64,000 bases of DNA, from positions 84,361-148,360 of the forward strand of contig JAJZVV010000006.1 of assembly GCA_021845595.1 (NCBI GenBank), in the 5' to 3' direction. This DNA is from Pseudomonadota bacterium. Its GTDB lineage: Bacteria; Pseudomonadota; Alphaproteobacteria; Acetobacterales; Acetobacteraceae. A program made the position numbers and the translations under genes. The notes beneath the pieces were generated by a model that was not told the DNA's origin, did no database searches, and was given only the letters and a program-made list of their open reading frames with translations. Below, one piece after another: positions 34,388 through 42,166 of the stretch; the stretch's first letter is position 1; each line of letters begins with the position of its first letter.

Positions 34388-35317
34388 TCAGCCGATCACC
34401 GCCATCATTTCCGCCCATTCCCGCTTCGACAGGCCGCTCGCCTCCTGCGCCACGGTCTCGCCGGCCAGCATCCGCCGCAGCACGGCCAGCATCGGCGCGG
34501 ACAGCGTCGCCGCGCCGAGCCGATAGTCGCGAAACGCCTGATGCGCCGCCGGCACCCAGGCTTCGGTGATGCCGAGCATCGCCTCGGCATAGGCGCGGAT
34601 TTCGTACTGGGCGTGAGCATCGGCGCGCAGGGCGAGGAAATGAAATAGATTGTGTAAGTCGATCTTCCAGTACCACTGGGTATAGGTATTCAGCGTCAGG
34701 TTCATCCGCGCCAGTTCGCGCGCCAGCCCGGCGCGGGCCGGATCGCGCGGCGCGCCGTCGGCGCCCTCGTTGAGCATGGCGAGGTAATGGTCGTGGCAGC
34801 GCGCCGCGTCGGCGCGCAGCAGATCGAGCACCTCGGCCGCTTCGGCGCCCTCGAGCACGGCACCGCGCCCCTGCCGGTTGGTCTCGGATTGCGCGGCGAG
34901 ATGCTCGGGCGCGGGAAGGTAGAACTCCCGGTCGAGGATGGAATAGCGCGCCGAATATTCGTTCACGTTGGCGGTGCGATGGCGGATCCACTGCCGCGCG
35001 ACGAAGATCGGCAGCTTCACGTGCAGCTTGATCTCGCACATCTCGAACGGCGTCGAGTGATGGTGGCGCATGAGGTAGCGGATCAGCCCGGTATCCTCCG
35101 AGACGCGGCGCGTGCCGCGGCCGTAGGAGACCCGCGCCGCCTGCACGATGGCGCCGTCATCGCCCATGTAGTCGATGACGCGGACGAAGCCGTGGTCGAG
35201 CACGGCGATCGGCCGGTGCAGCATGGCCTCCAGCGCCGGCACGGTGGGGCGGCTCGTCTCGGCGCGGCGATCGCGCGCGGCGGCGATCTCGGCCTCCTGG
35301 TCCGCGGTCAGCTCCAT
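34388..35317 (-). CDS. thyX: FAD-dependent thymidylate synthase
   Basis: The ThyX motif [14 protein letters not shown] is present, along with HSTPFE. ATG 35317 (MELTADQ) is preceded by AAGGAG. Confidence 0.93.
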   Translation of the reverse strand: MELTADQEAEIAAARDRRAETSRPTVPALEAMLHRPIAVLDHGFVRVIDYMGDDGAIVQAARVSYGRGTRRVSEDTGLIRYLMRHHHSTPFEMCEIKLHVKLPIFVARQWIRHRTANVNEYSARYSILDREFYLPAPEHLAAQSETNRQGRGAVLEGAEAAEVLDLLRADAARCHDHYLAMLNEGADGAPRDPARAGLARELARMNLTLNTYTQWYWKIDLHNLFHFLALRADAHAQYEIRAYAEAMLGITEAWVPAAHQAFRDYRLGAATLSAPMLAVLRRMLAGETVAQEASGLSKREWAEMMAVIG

Positions 35318-35359
35318 CGTGCGCTCCTTCCCTTGCCAGGCGGGATTGCCTATATGTCG

Positions 35360-35715
35360 AAAGCCGGTCCGCCGGCTATGGCGATAAACGGTGCGTGGAA
35401 TAAGCGTAGTGGACCCGGGGGCAGTACCCGGCGCCTCCACCAGATCGCATCGGTTCCAGCCCCGCGCCCTTCAGGGCGCCGGGGCCGGGCCGCTGCGCAG
35501 ACGGGGGCGAAACAGGCTCGACACGCGTGGTAAAGACCCATCTTTCGCTCGGCATGGTTCCGCCGTTATCGGGCCATATCACAGGTGCCAACGACAACAT
35601 GGCGCTCGCTGCCGCTGCATAAGCGGTAAGCGCGGTCCGGGGGGCACCGGGCAACAGAAGCCCCCCACTTCACCGCTTCGGCGGCCGGGACTGACACGCC
35701 GTCCTGCGCCGGGGG
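35360..35715 (+). ncRNA. ssrA: Two-piece (circularly permuted) alphaproteobacterial tmRNA gene; ends approximate
   Basis: The acceptor piece has a T-arm (CCGGG-GGCAGTA-CCCGG) and a 3' strand CGCCUCC-A-CCA, ending at 35442. A ~60-nt intervening segment follows. The coding piece starts with GGGGGCGAAACAGGCUCGAC at 35503, whose first 7 nt pair with CGCCUCC, including a G3:U wobble (the Ala identity element). The tag ORF is GCC AAC GAC AAC ATG GCG CTC GCT GCC GCT GCA TAA (35587-35622), giving ANDNMALAAAA. The 5' and 3' gene boundaries were not resolved. Confidence 0.8.
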
Positions 35716-35773
35716 CGCTTCCCCGCCCGCGTGGCACGCGCTATGTCAGCTTCGATCGGCAGAAGGGCCTGGC

Positions 35774-36268
35774 ATGGAAGACGACGGGGAACAGCAGCCG
35801 GAAAGCCTGCTGCCGTATCAGGAATGGACCGAGGAAGCGCTGCGGCTGGTGGTGGTCCGCGCGCTCCAGCACGCGGCCCGGCACGGGCTGCCCGGCGGGC
35901 ATCATTTCTACCTGAGCTTCCGCACCGACCAGCCGGGCGTGGTGATCCCGGCGCGGCTGCGTGCGCAATATCCGCGCGAAATGACCATCGTGCTCCAGCA
36001 CCAGTTCTGGGACCTGGTGATCGACGAGCCGGCCGGCCTGTTCAGCGTCGGGCTCTCCTTCGGCGGCACGCCCGCGAGCCTGACGATTCCCTTCGCGGCG
36101 ATCAGCGCCTTCGCCGATCCCGAGATCCGCTACGGGCTGCGGTTCACGATCGCCGAGCCGGACGCGGAGCCGGAGGCCGCGCCCGCACCCGAGACGCCGG
36201 CGGAGACGCCGACGCCGCAGATCGTCAGCCTCGACGCCTTCCGCCGGCGCACCCCGCCGAAGGAGTAG
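35774..36268 (+). CDS. sspB: ClpXP adaptor SspB (alphaproteobacterial type)
   Basis: 164 aa. HHFYLSFRTDQPGVVIPARLRAQYPREMTIVLQHQFWDLVIDE, GLSFGGTPASLTIPFAAISAFADP, an acidic/Pro linker, and a C-terminal IVSLDAFRRR (ClpX-binding-tail-like) match the SspB family pattern. Confidence 0.8.
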   Translation: MEDDGEQQPESLLPYQEWTEEALRLVVVRALQHAARHGLPGGHHFYLSFRTDQPGVVIPARLRAQYPREMTIVLQHQFWDLVIDEPAGLFSVGLSFGGTPASLTIPFAAISAFADPEIRYGLRFTIAEPDAEPEAAPAPETPAETPTPQIVSLDAFRRRTPPKE

Positions 36269-36332
36269 CGCTTCTCCGGGAGTAGCGCCGCTTCGCTTGC
36301 CTCGCCGGGCCGGGCACGCCATCCTCGCGCCC

Positions 36333-36971
36333 ATGACCGCATCGTCTGCCCCTCCCTCCCGCTTCGCCCGCGTCCGCCGCCTGCCCGAGCGCGGCGCCTA
36401 TGATCGCGCCACCATCGACGCCATCCTCGATGCCGCGCCGCTCTGCCATATCGGCCACGTCATCGACGGGCGGCCGGTCGTGATCCCGACCATCCATTGG
36501 CGGGTCGGCGATACGCTCTACTGGCACGGCAGCAGCGCCAGCCGCATGCTGGAGGCGACCCCCGGGGCCGAGGTTTGCCTCACCGCGACGCTGCTGGATG
36601 CCTACGTCCTCGCCCGCTCCGGGTTCAACCATTCGGTCAATTACCGCTCGGTGATGTGCTTCGGCCGTCCACGCGCGCTCGCCGCGGCGGCGGAGAAGGA
36701 AGCGGCGCTGGAGCACTTCATCGAGCATCTGTTTCCCGGCCGCTGGCCCTCCCTGCGCCCGCCCACGGTGCAGGAACTCAAGGCCACCGCCGTGCTGTCG
36801 ATGCCGATCGACGAGGCCTCGGCGAAGCTGCGCACGGACGGGCCGCACGACCCGGAGGCCGACCTCGCCTGGCCCGTCTGGGCCGGGCTCCTGCCCGTGT
36901 TCACGATGCGTGGCGCGCCGATGCCCGATGCCCACACCGCGCCCGGAACCGAGCCGCCCCAGGGATGGTGA
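36333..36971 (+). CDS. Pyridoxamine 5'-phosphate oxidase-family (FMN-binding split-barrel) protein
   Basis: ERGAYDRATIDAILDAAPLCHIGHVIDGRPVVIPT...LYWHGSSASRML...DAYVLARSGFNHSVNYRSVMCFG is the typical Pyridox_ox_2-type flavin-nucleotide-binding pattern. The start is taken at ATG 36333. Confidence 0.7.
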   Translation: MTASSAPPSRFARVRRLPERGAYDRATIDAILDAAPLCHIGHVIDGRPVVIPTIHWRVGDTLYWHGSSASRMLEATPGAEVCLTATLLDAYVLARSGFNHSVNYRSVMCFGRPRALAAAAEKEAALEHFIEHLFPGRWPSLRPPTVQELKATAVLSMPIDEASAKLRTDGPHDPEADLAWPVWAGLLPVFTMRGAPMPDAHTAPGTEPPQGW

Positions 36972-36988
36972 GCGCGGCATGGTGAATC

Positions 36989-39184
36989 TTGGGGCGCGCC
37001 GCCCGCCCGGTGGCGATCCCCGGCTCTAATCGGGCCCAACACGACCACCGCCGGAGGCAAGCCACGCCGGACGCGATCCCCTTCCTCCCGGCCCTCGCCT
37101 TGATCGTTCCGGGGCTGTTGGCCGTCGCTGCCGTCGAGGCCGCGCGGGCCGGGTTCGCGCGCGGGCCGGCGGCGCCAGGGCGAGCGGCCAATGCGGATCG
37201 CGGGCGGGGTGCGCGCGCCAGCCGGCCCGCCGCGAACGGCGCGCGCCGCGCCCGCATCGCCATCGTCACGCTCTGCCTCGCCGGAGCCGCGCTGGCCCTG
37301 GCGTGCCTGCTCGCTGCCCCCGCCCCGGCGAGCCTGCGGGTGCCATTGGGCGAGCCCGGCTTCGGTCTGGTGCTGGCGCTCGATGGGCTCTCCTGCTGGT
37401 TCATCCTCATTCTGTTCGCCGTCGCCGCTGCCGCCGTCGCATCATGCTCCGAAGCGAGCGCCGCGCCGCTCGCCGCCTTCGTCGCGGCCCTGGCGCTGAC
37501 CGTGCTCGCCGGCGACGGAGTGGCGTTGGTCCTCGGCCTCGAACTCACCGCGGTGACCGGCTGGGGCCTGATGCAGGCGGACACAGCCGCCGACGGGCCC
37601 GAACCGGCCCCCCGCGCGGGCGCGTCGCCGGCGTTCATCGGCATGGCCGTGCTCGGCGCCCTCGGGGTGCTCGGCGCCATCGTCCTGCTCGCCCCGGCGC
37701 TGCCCTCCGGCTTCCCGGACCTGCGCTTCGCCAGCCTGCGCGGCACGGCGCCGGCCGGCTGGAGCGAGATCGCGGTGCTGGCGCTGGCGCTGTTCGGCGC
37801 CGGCAGCCTGGCCGGCCTGGTGCCGCTGCATCTGTGGCTGCCGCCGTCTCTCAGCGCCGCACCCGTCCATGCCGGCGTGCTGATGGCCGGGGCGATGTTG
37901 CCCGTCGCCCTCTACACGCTCCTCCGCCTGCTGCTCGATCTCGCCGGCAGCGCCCCGCCGCTCGGCTGGGGCGTCGCGCTCGCCATGCTCGGGGGCTTCG
38001 CGGCGCTGCTCGGCGCGCTGCGGTCGGTGATCGAGACCGATTTGCGGGTGCTGCTCGCCTGCATCGCCATCGAACAGACCGGGCTGGTGACGATCGCCAT
38101 CGGCGTCGTCCTCATCGGCCGCGCGGCGGACCTGACGTCGCTGGCCAGCCTGGCGCTGGGGGCGGCGCTGCTGCTCGGTCTGACGCAGGGGCTGCTCTCG
38201 GCGCTGCTGCTGCTGGCCGCCGGCGCGGTCGAGCAGGGCGCGGGGACGCGCCATCTGCATCGTCTCGGCGGGTTGGCCCAGCGCATGCCGATGACCACGC
38301 TCTGCGCGCTGGTCGGCGCCGCCGGGCTCGCGGCGATGCCGCCGGGGCCGGGCTTCGCGGCGGCGTGGCTGCTGTTCCAGGCGCTGATCGGCGCGGCACG
38401 TGCCGGCGGGGTCGCGACCCAGCTCGCGCTCGCCGCCGCCGCTGCGCTGCTCGCCCTCGCCCTCGCCCTCGGCACCGTGGCCGCGCTGCGGCTGGTCGGC
38501 GTCGGCTTCCTCGGCCGCCCGCGTACCCCGCGCACCGCGGCGGCGGAAGACCCGGGGAGCGTTTCGCGGCGGGTGATGCTGGTGCTGGCCACGCTGGCGC
38601 TGATCATCGGCCTCGTCCCCGGGTTGCTGCTGCGCCTCGCCGGGCCGGCCTTCGCCGCGCTGCGCACCGAGCCGATGGGCGTGCGCGCGGCGCTCGCCGG
38701 TCTGCGCGCCCATCCCGAGCAGCCCGGCTACGCGCCGCTCGCCATCGCCGCGCTGCTCGCCGGCCTCGCCGCCATCGCATTCGTCCTGCTGCGCCGGGCC
38801 GATCCCGTCGGGCAGCAGCGCGGCCCGGCCTGGGATGGCGGCTTCGCGGCCCCGCCGCCATGGCTGCCGTTCGGCGATCCGCTGACCCAGTACGGCGCCG
38901 CATCCTTCTCGCAGATCCTGCGCCGCACGATCGGGGCCAGGCTCCTCGCGGCGCGCGAGACGGTGACCACGAAGCTGCCGGGCGAGACCAGCGCGGCACG
39001 GTTCCTGGTCACGACCCGCGATCCCGCCGCCGCCTGGCTGCTCGCCGCCATCGCCGCCGCCCGCCTGTGGCTGTGGCAGCGGATCGACCGGCTGCGGCCG
39101 TTCCCCCTTGGCGGCGCGCCGGCGCTCACGCTCGCCGCGCTGGCGGCGCTGCTGGCGGTGCTCGCCTGGCGAGGTCTGCGATGA
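36989..39184 (+). CDS. HyfB/HycC/NuoL-like antiporter-type membrane subunit (divergent)
   Basis: 731 aa and polytopic. It carries the proton_antipo_M-like block LFGAGSLAGLVPLHLWLPPSLSAAPVHAGVLMAGAMLPVALY and the TM5-like LGLELTAVTGWGLM. The track start is a TTG only 18 nt after the preceding stop, so the true start is uncertain. Confidence 0.7.
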   Translation: MGRAARPVAIPGSNRAQHDHRRRQATPDAIPFLPALALIVPGLLAVAAVEAARAGFARGPAAPGRAANADRGRGARASRPAANGARRARIAIVTLCLAGAALALACLLAAPAPASLRVPLGEPGFGLVLALDGLSCWFILILFAVAAAAVASCSEASAAPLAAFVAALALTVLAGDGVALVLGLELTAVTGWGLMQADTAADGPEPAPRAGASPAFIGMAVLGALGVLGAIVLLAPALPSGFPDLRFASLRGTAPAGWSEIAVLALALFGAGSLAGLVPLHLWLPPSLSAAPVHAGVLMAGAMLPVALYTLLRLLLDLAGSAPPLGWGVALAMLGGFAALLGALRSVIETDLRVLLACIAIEQTGLVTIAIGVVLIGRAADLTSLASLALGAALLLGLTQGLLSALLLLAAGAVEQGAGTRHLHRLGGLAQRMPMTTLCALVGAAGLAAMPPGPGFAAAWLLFQALIGAARAGGVATQLALAAAAALLALALALGTVAALRLVGVGFLGRPRTPRTAAAEDPGSVSRRVMLVLATLALIIGLVPGLLLRLAGPAFAALRTEPMGVRAALAGLRAHPEQPGYAPLAIAALLAGLAAIAFVLLRRADPVGQQRGPAWDGGFAAPPPWLPFGDPLTQYGAASFSQILRRTIGARLLAARETVTTKLPGETSAARFLVTTRDPAAAWLLAAIAAARLWLWQRIDRLRPFPLGGAPALTLAALAALLAVLAWRGLR

Positions 39185-40140
39185 CCCTGCTCAGCGGCCT
39201 CGTCGCCCAGGCCCTGCACCTCGCGCTCATGCTCGGGCTGGCGCCGGGATTAGCCGGGTTCGTCCGGTGGCTGAAAGCGCGGCTGCTGCACCGGGCCGGA
39301 CCGCCGCCGCGGCTCGCCTATCGGGACCTGCTGCGGCTGATGCGCAAGCAGACGGTGCGCCCGCAGAGCAGCTCCTTCGTCTTCGCCGCCGCGCCCGTCG
39401 TCGCCACGGCCGCCAGCGTGCTCGCCGCGGCGCTGGTTCCATCCTTCGCCCGCGGCATGACGACCGCGCCGCTCGCCGACCTGCTGCTGATCGCGGGCCT
39501 GTTCGCCCTGGCGCGGAGCGCGCTGGTGCTGGGCGCGATGGATGCGGGCAGCGCCGTCGGCGGCATCGGCGCCAGCCGCGTCGCCGCCTACGCCGTCTTC
39601 GCCGAGCCGGCGACGCTGCTCGTCGTCGTGACGCTCGCCGTTCTCCTCGGCACCACCAATCTCGACCAACTCACCGGGCTGCTCCAACCCGGCGGGGTCG
39701 CAGCGCACGCGCCGCTCGGCCTCGCACTGGCCCCGCTGGTGGCGAGCGCCCTGGCCCAGGTCGGGGTCGGGCCGATCGCAGGCGCAGCGAGCGCGGCCGA
39801 GCCGGCGATGCTGTTCGAGGCCCTGACGCTCGAACATGGCGGGCGTGACCTGGCGCTGCTGGAGTTCGGCGCGGCCGTGCGGCTGATCACCTGGTTCAGC
39901 CTGATCGCCGCGCTGTTTCTGCCCGCCTTCACCGCCCCCGCCGCCGCCTTTCCGCTCGGTTGGCTGATCGGCCTCGCCGCCTGGGCGGTCAAACTGACCG
40001 TGCTGGCCGGGGCGGTGGCGCTGGCCGAGGCCGCGATGGCGCGGCTGGGCGTTGCGCGGGTCCCCGGGGTCCTCGGTGCGGCCATCGTGCTGGGCCTGCT
40101 GGCCGCGGCACTCGTCGCCCTCGGCGAGGGGCTCGCCTGA
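39181..40140 (+). CDS. HycD/HyfC/NuoH-like membrane subunit
   Basis: The gene starts at ATG 39181 (ATGA overlap with the upstream stop). MTLLSGLVAQALHLALMLGLAP..ARLLHRAGPPPRLAYRDLLRLMRKQTV, MDAGSAVGGIGASR and LAEAAMARLGV align block-for-block with my recollection of E. coli HycD. It is the 3' part of track ORF 37303-40140. Confidence 0.8.
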   Translation: MTLLSGLVAQALHLALMLGLAPGLAGFVRWLKARLLHRAGPPPRLAYRDLLRLMRKQTVRPQSSSFVFAAAPVVATAASVLAAALVPSFARGMTTAPLADLLLIAGLFALARSALVLGAMDAGSAVGGIGASRVAAYAVFAEPATLLVVVTLAVLLGTTNLDQLTGLLQPGGVAAHAPLGLALAPLVASALAQVGVGPIAGAASAAEPAMLFEALTLEHGGRDLALLEFGAAVRLITWFSLIAALFLPAFTAPAAAFPLGWLIGLAAWAVKLTVLAGAVALAEAAMARLGVARVPGVLGAAIVLGLLAAALVALGEGLA

Positions 40141-40763
40141 TGGCCATCCCGCTCACCCAGCCGCTGGCGCCCCTGTTCGGCAGCGTGGCGCTGATGGCCG
40201 GCCTGGTGCTGATGACGCGCCGGCGCGCTGGCGCGCTGATCGGCGCGGGCGCGGTCCAGGCCTGGGCGGCGGCCGGCGTCGCAGCCGTACGCGGCGGCCT
40301 CGCCGGGGACGCGGGCCTCGTCGCCGCCGCGCTGATCACCCTGGCGGCGAGCGGCGTGGCGATCCCGATCGCGCTCACACTCATCACCCGCCGGCGCGAT
40401 GCGGCGCCGGTGTCGGCGCCGGGAAGCATGGGGCTCGGCGCCGCGCTGGTCGGGCTGGCCGCGCTGGCGGTCCCGGGCGTGGCCATTGCCGGCGGTGCGC
40501 TGACCCGCGAGAGCCTGGCGGTCGCCATCGCAGTGGGGCTGCTCGGCGCGCTGCTCGTCGCCATGCGCCGCAGCCCGCTCGCGCAACTCGCCGGGGTTCT
40601 CTCGCTCGGCAACGGGGTGATCCTGGCCGCCACGCCGGGCGTGCCGCTGATCGCAACGGTCCCGCTGGTAGCGCTGGCACCGGCGGCGCTGCTGCTGGGT
40701 GCCATGGGGCTGGGTGCGGTCGATCTGGACGCCGGCGCCACGCCCGGCTCGCCGGGGCCATGA
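40140..40763 (+). CDS. HyfE/NuoK-like small membrane subunit
   Basis: 207 aa starting at ATG 40140 (TGATG overlap). It is a multi-TM Ala/Leu/Gly-rich protein. The block LAVAIAVGLLGALLVAMRRSPLAQLAGVLSLGNGVILAA resembles the HyfE block ...QRNILRQIFGYCLMENG... Confidence 0.6.
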   Translation: MAIPLTQPLAPLFGSVALMAGLVLMTRRRAGALIGAGAVQAWAAAGVAAVRGGLAGDAGLVAAALITLAASGVAIPIALTLITRRRDAAPVSAPGSMGLGAALVGLAALAVPGVAIAGGALTRESLAVAIAVGLLGALLVAMRRSPLAQLAGVLSLGNGVILAATPGVPLIATVPLVALAPAALLLGAMGLGAVDLDAGATPGSPGP

Positions 40764-42166
40764 ACCCGCCGCTCGCCGCGCTGGTGCCTTGCATCCCGTT
40801 CGCTGCGGCGATCGCGCTCGGCCTGATCGGCGATCGGCGATTGGGCGGCCGGCGGATCGGCGTCTGGGTCAATCTCGCCGCCGCCGGCGCGACGTTTCTC
40901 GCCGCCCTCGCCTTCGCCCTTGAGCCGCCGGCGTCCTCGGCCCTTCTGCTGGCCGATCCGCTGGCGCGGCATTTCGCCCTGCTCGCCGGCTTCGTCGGCC
41001 TCACCGCTTCCTGCGCCGAGTTCGGGCAGGCGGACCCACACGACCTCGCCCACGCCCTCGGCCAAGGCTTCCTCGGCGCCGTTCTGGCGGCGCTGATGTC
41101 GAACAGCCTCGTCGTCACCATCGCCGCGGCCGAGGCCGCTTGCCTCGCGCTCGCCGCCGCCGCGGCCCTGCCGCTGACGCCAGAGGCGATGCGGGCGGCC
41201 TGGACCGGCACCGTCACCGCGGGCCTCGCCGGCGGCCTCGCCCTGTTCGGCGTGATCCTGCTCGCCCTCGCGGCCCTGCCGGCACCAACCGCGCCGGCGC
41301 CAACCGCGCCGGCGCTGACCTGGAGCGCGCTGCCCCAGGTCGTGGCCGCCGGCCAGGGCGGCCTGCTCAGCCTCGGCTTCGTGTTCGTCCTCGTCGGCGC
41401 CGCGGCGATGGCGATGCTGGCGCCGCTGCATCTATGGAGTTCGGGGCGGGACGAAGCCGCGCCGGCGATGACAGTGCCGCTGCTGACGACCCCGTTGATG
41501 ACGACCCCGTTGATGACGACGCTGGCGATCACGGTCATTCTCCGGCTGCGCCAGGCGGTCGCGGACACTGTCGACGCGGCTCTGCCCGGGCCGGCGGTTC
41601 TGGCGCTCGGCCTGCTGGCGCTGCTGATCGCGGCGCTGGCACTGGGGCGGCAGCGCGACGCGCGGCGCCTCGTCGCCGTCGCCACGGTGGGACAGGCCGG
41701 CCTCGTGGCCGTCGCGATCGGGCTCGGCACCAGCGCGGCCGTGTTCGCCGGCGTGCTGCACCTGACGCTCGCGACGCTGGTGCTGACCGCGCTGCTGTCA
41801 CGCGCCAGGACGGCCGAGGCCGGCGTGACGGTCGCCGCCGGCCTGGTCGCGCTGGCGGGGCTGCCGCCCTTCGGCCTTTTCTCTGGCATCGTTCTCATCG
41901 CCGCGGCCGCCGCGCACGCCGCGCCGCTGCTGCTGGCCCCGCTCGGCGCGGCTCTCGGCCTCAGTGCCTGGGCCATGCTGGCGCGGCTGCCGGCGCTCCG
42001 GGCGCCAGGCGCGGCGACGAGCCCGACCGCGCCGCGCGCGGCAGGCTGGGCACACGTGAGGATCATCGTGCCCTGGCTGCATCTGGCGCTCACCGCGCTG
42101 CTCGGCCTGGCCATGCCGATCCCGCTGGTGCGCTGGTTCGCCACCATCGCCGGCAGTCTGGGATGA
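40760..42166 (+). CDS. HyfF/NuoN-like antiporter-type membrane subunit (divergent)
   Basis: 468 aa starting at ATG 40760 (ATGA overlap). It is polytopic, with the block GFVFVLVGAAAMAMLAPLHLWSSGRDEAAPAMTVPLL resembling the G.GxKxxxxPxHxWLP motif. It contains two internal 15-nt tandem duplications. Confidence 0.65.
   Translation: MNPPLAALVPCIPFAAAIALGLIGDRRLGGRRIGVWVNLAAAGATFLAALAFALEPPASSALLLADPLARHFALLAGFVGLTASCAEFGQADPHDLAHALGQGFLGAVLAALMSNSLVVTIAAAEAACLALAAAAALPLTPEAMRAAWTGTVTAGLAGGLALFGVILLALAALPAPTAPAPTAPALTWSALPQVVAAGQGGLLSLGFVFVLVGAAAMAMLAPLHLWSSGRDEAAPAMTVPLLTTPLMTTPLMTTLAITVILRLRQAVADTVDAALPGPAVLALGLLALLIAALALGRQRDARRLVAVATVGQAGLVAVAIGLGTSAAVFAGVLHLTLATLVLTALLSRARTAEAGVTVAAGLVALAGLPPFGLFSGIVLIAAAAAHAAPLLLAPLGAALGLSAWAMLARLPALRAPGAATSPTAPRAAGWAHVRIIVPWLHLALTALLGLAMPIPLVRWFATIAGSLG

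Noticed and set aside
35318-35360. Sigma-70 promoter for ssrA (TTGCCA ... TATATG)
   Set aside because: The spacing between the two hexamers is only about 12 nt, which is incompatible with a standard -35/-10 promoter.
37303-39180. 5' part of ORF 37303-40140 (945 aa); likewise the 5' parts of 40052-42166 and 41140-43674
   Set aside because: These are alternative-frame read-throughs across the preceding membrane-subunit genes, with Arg/Pro-rich sequence. The real genes begin at the ATGA/TGATG/GTGA junctions (39181, 40760, 42163).
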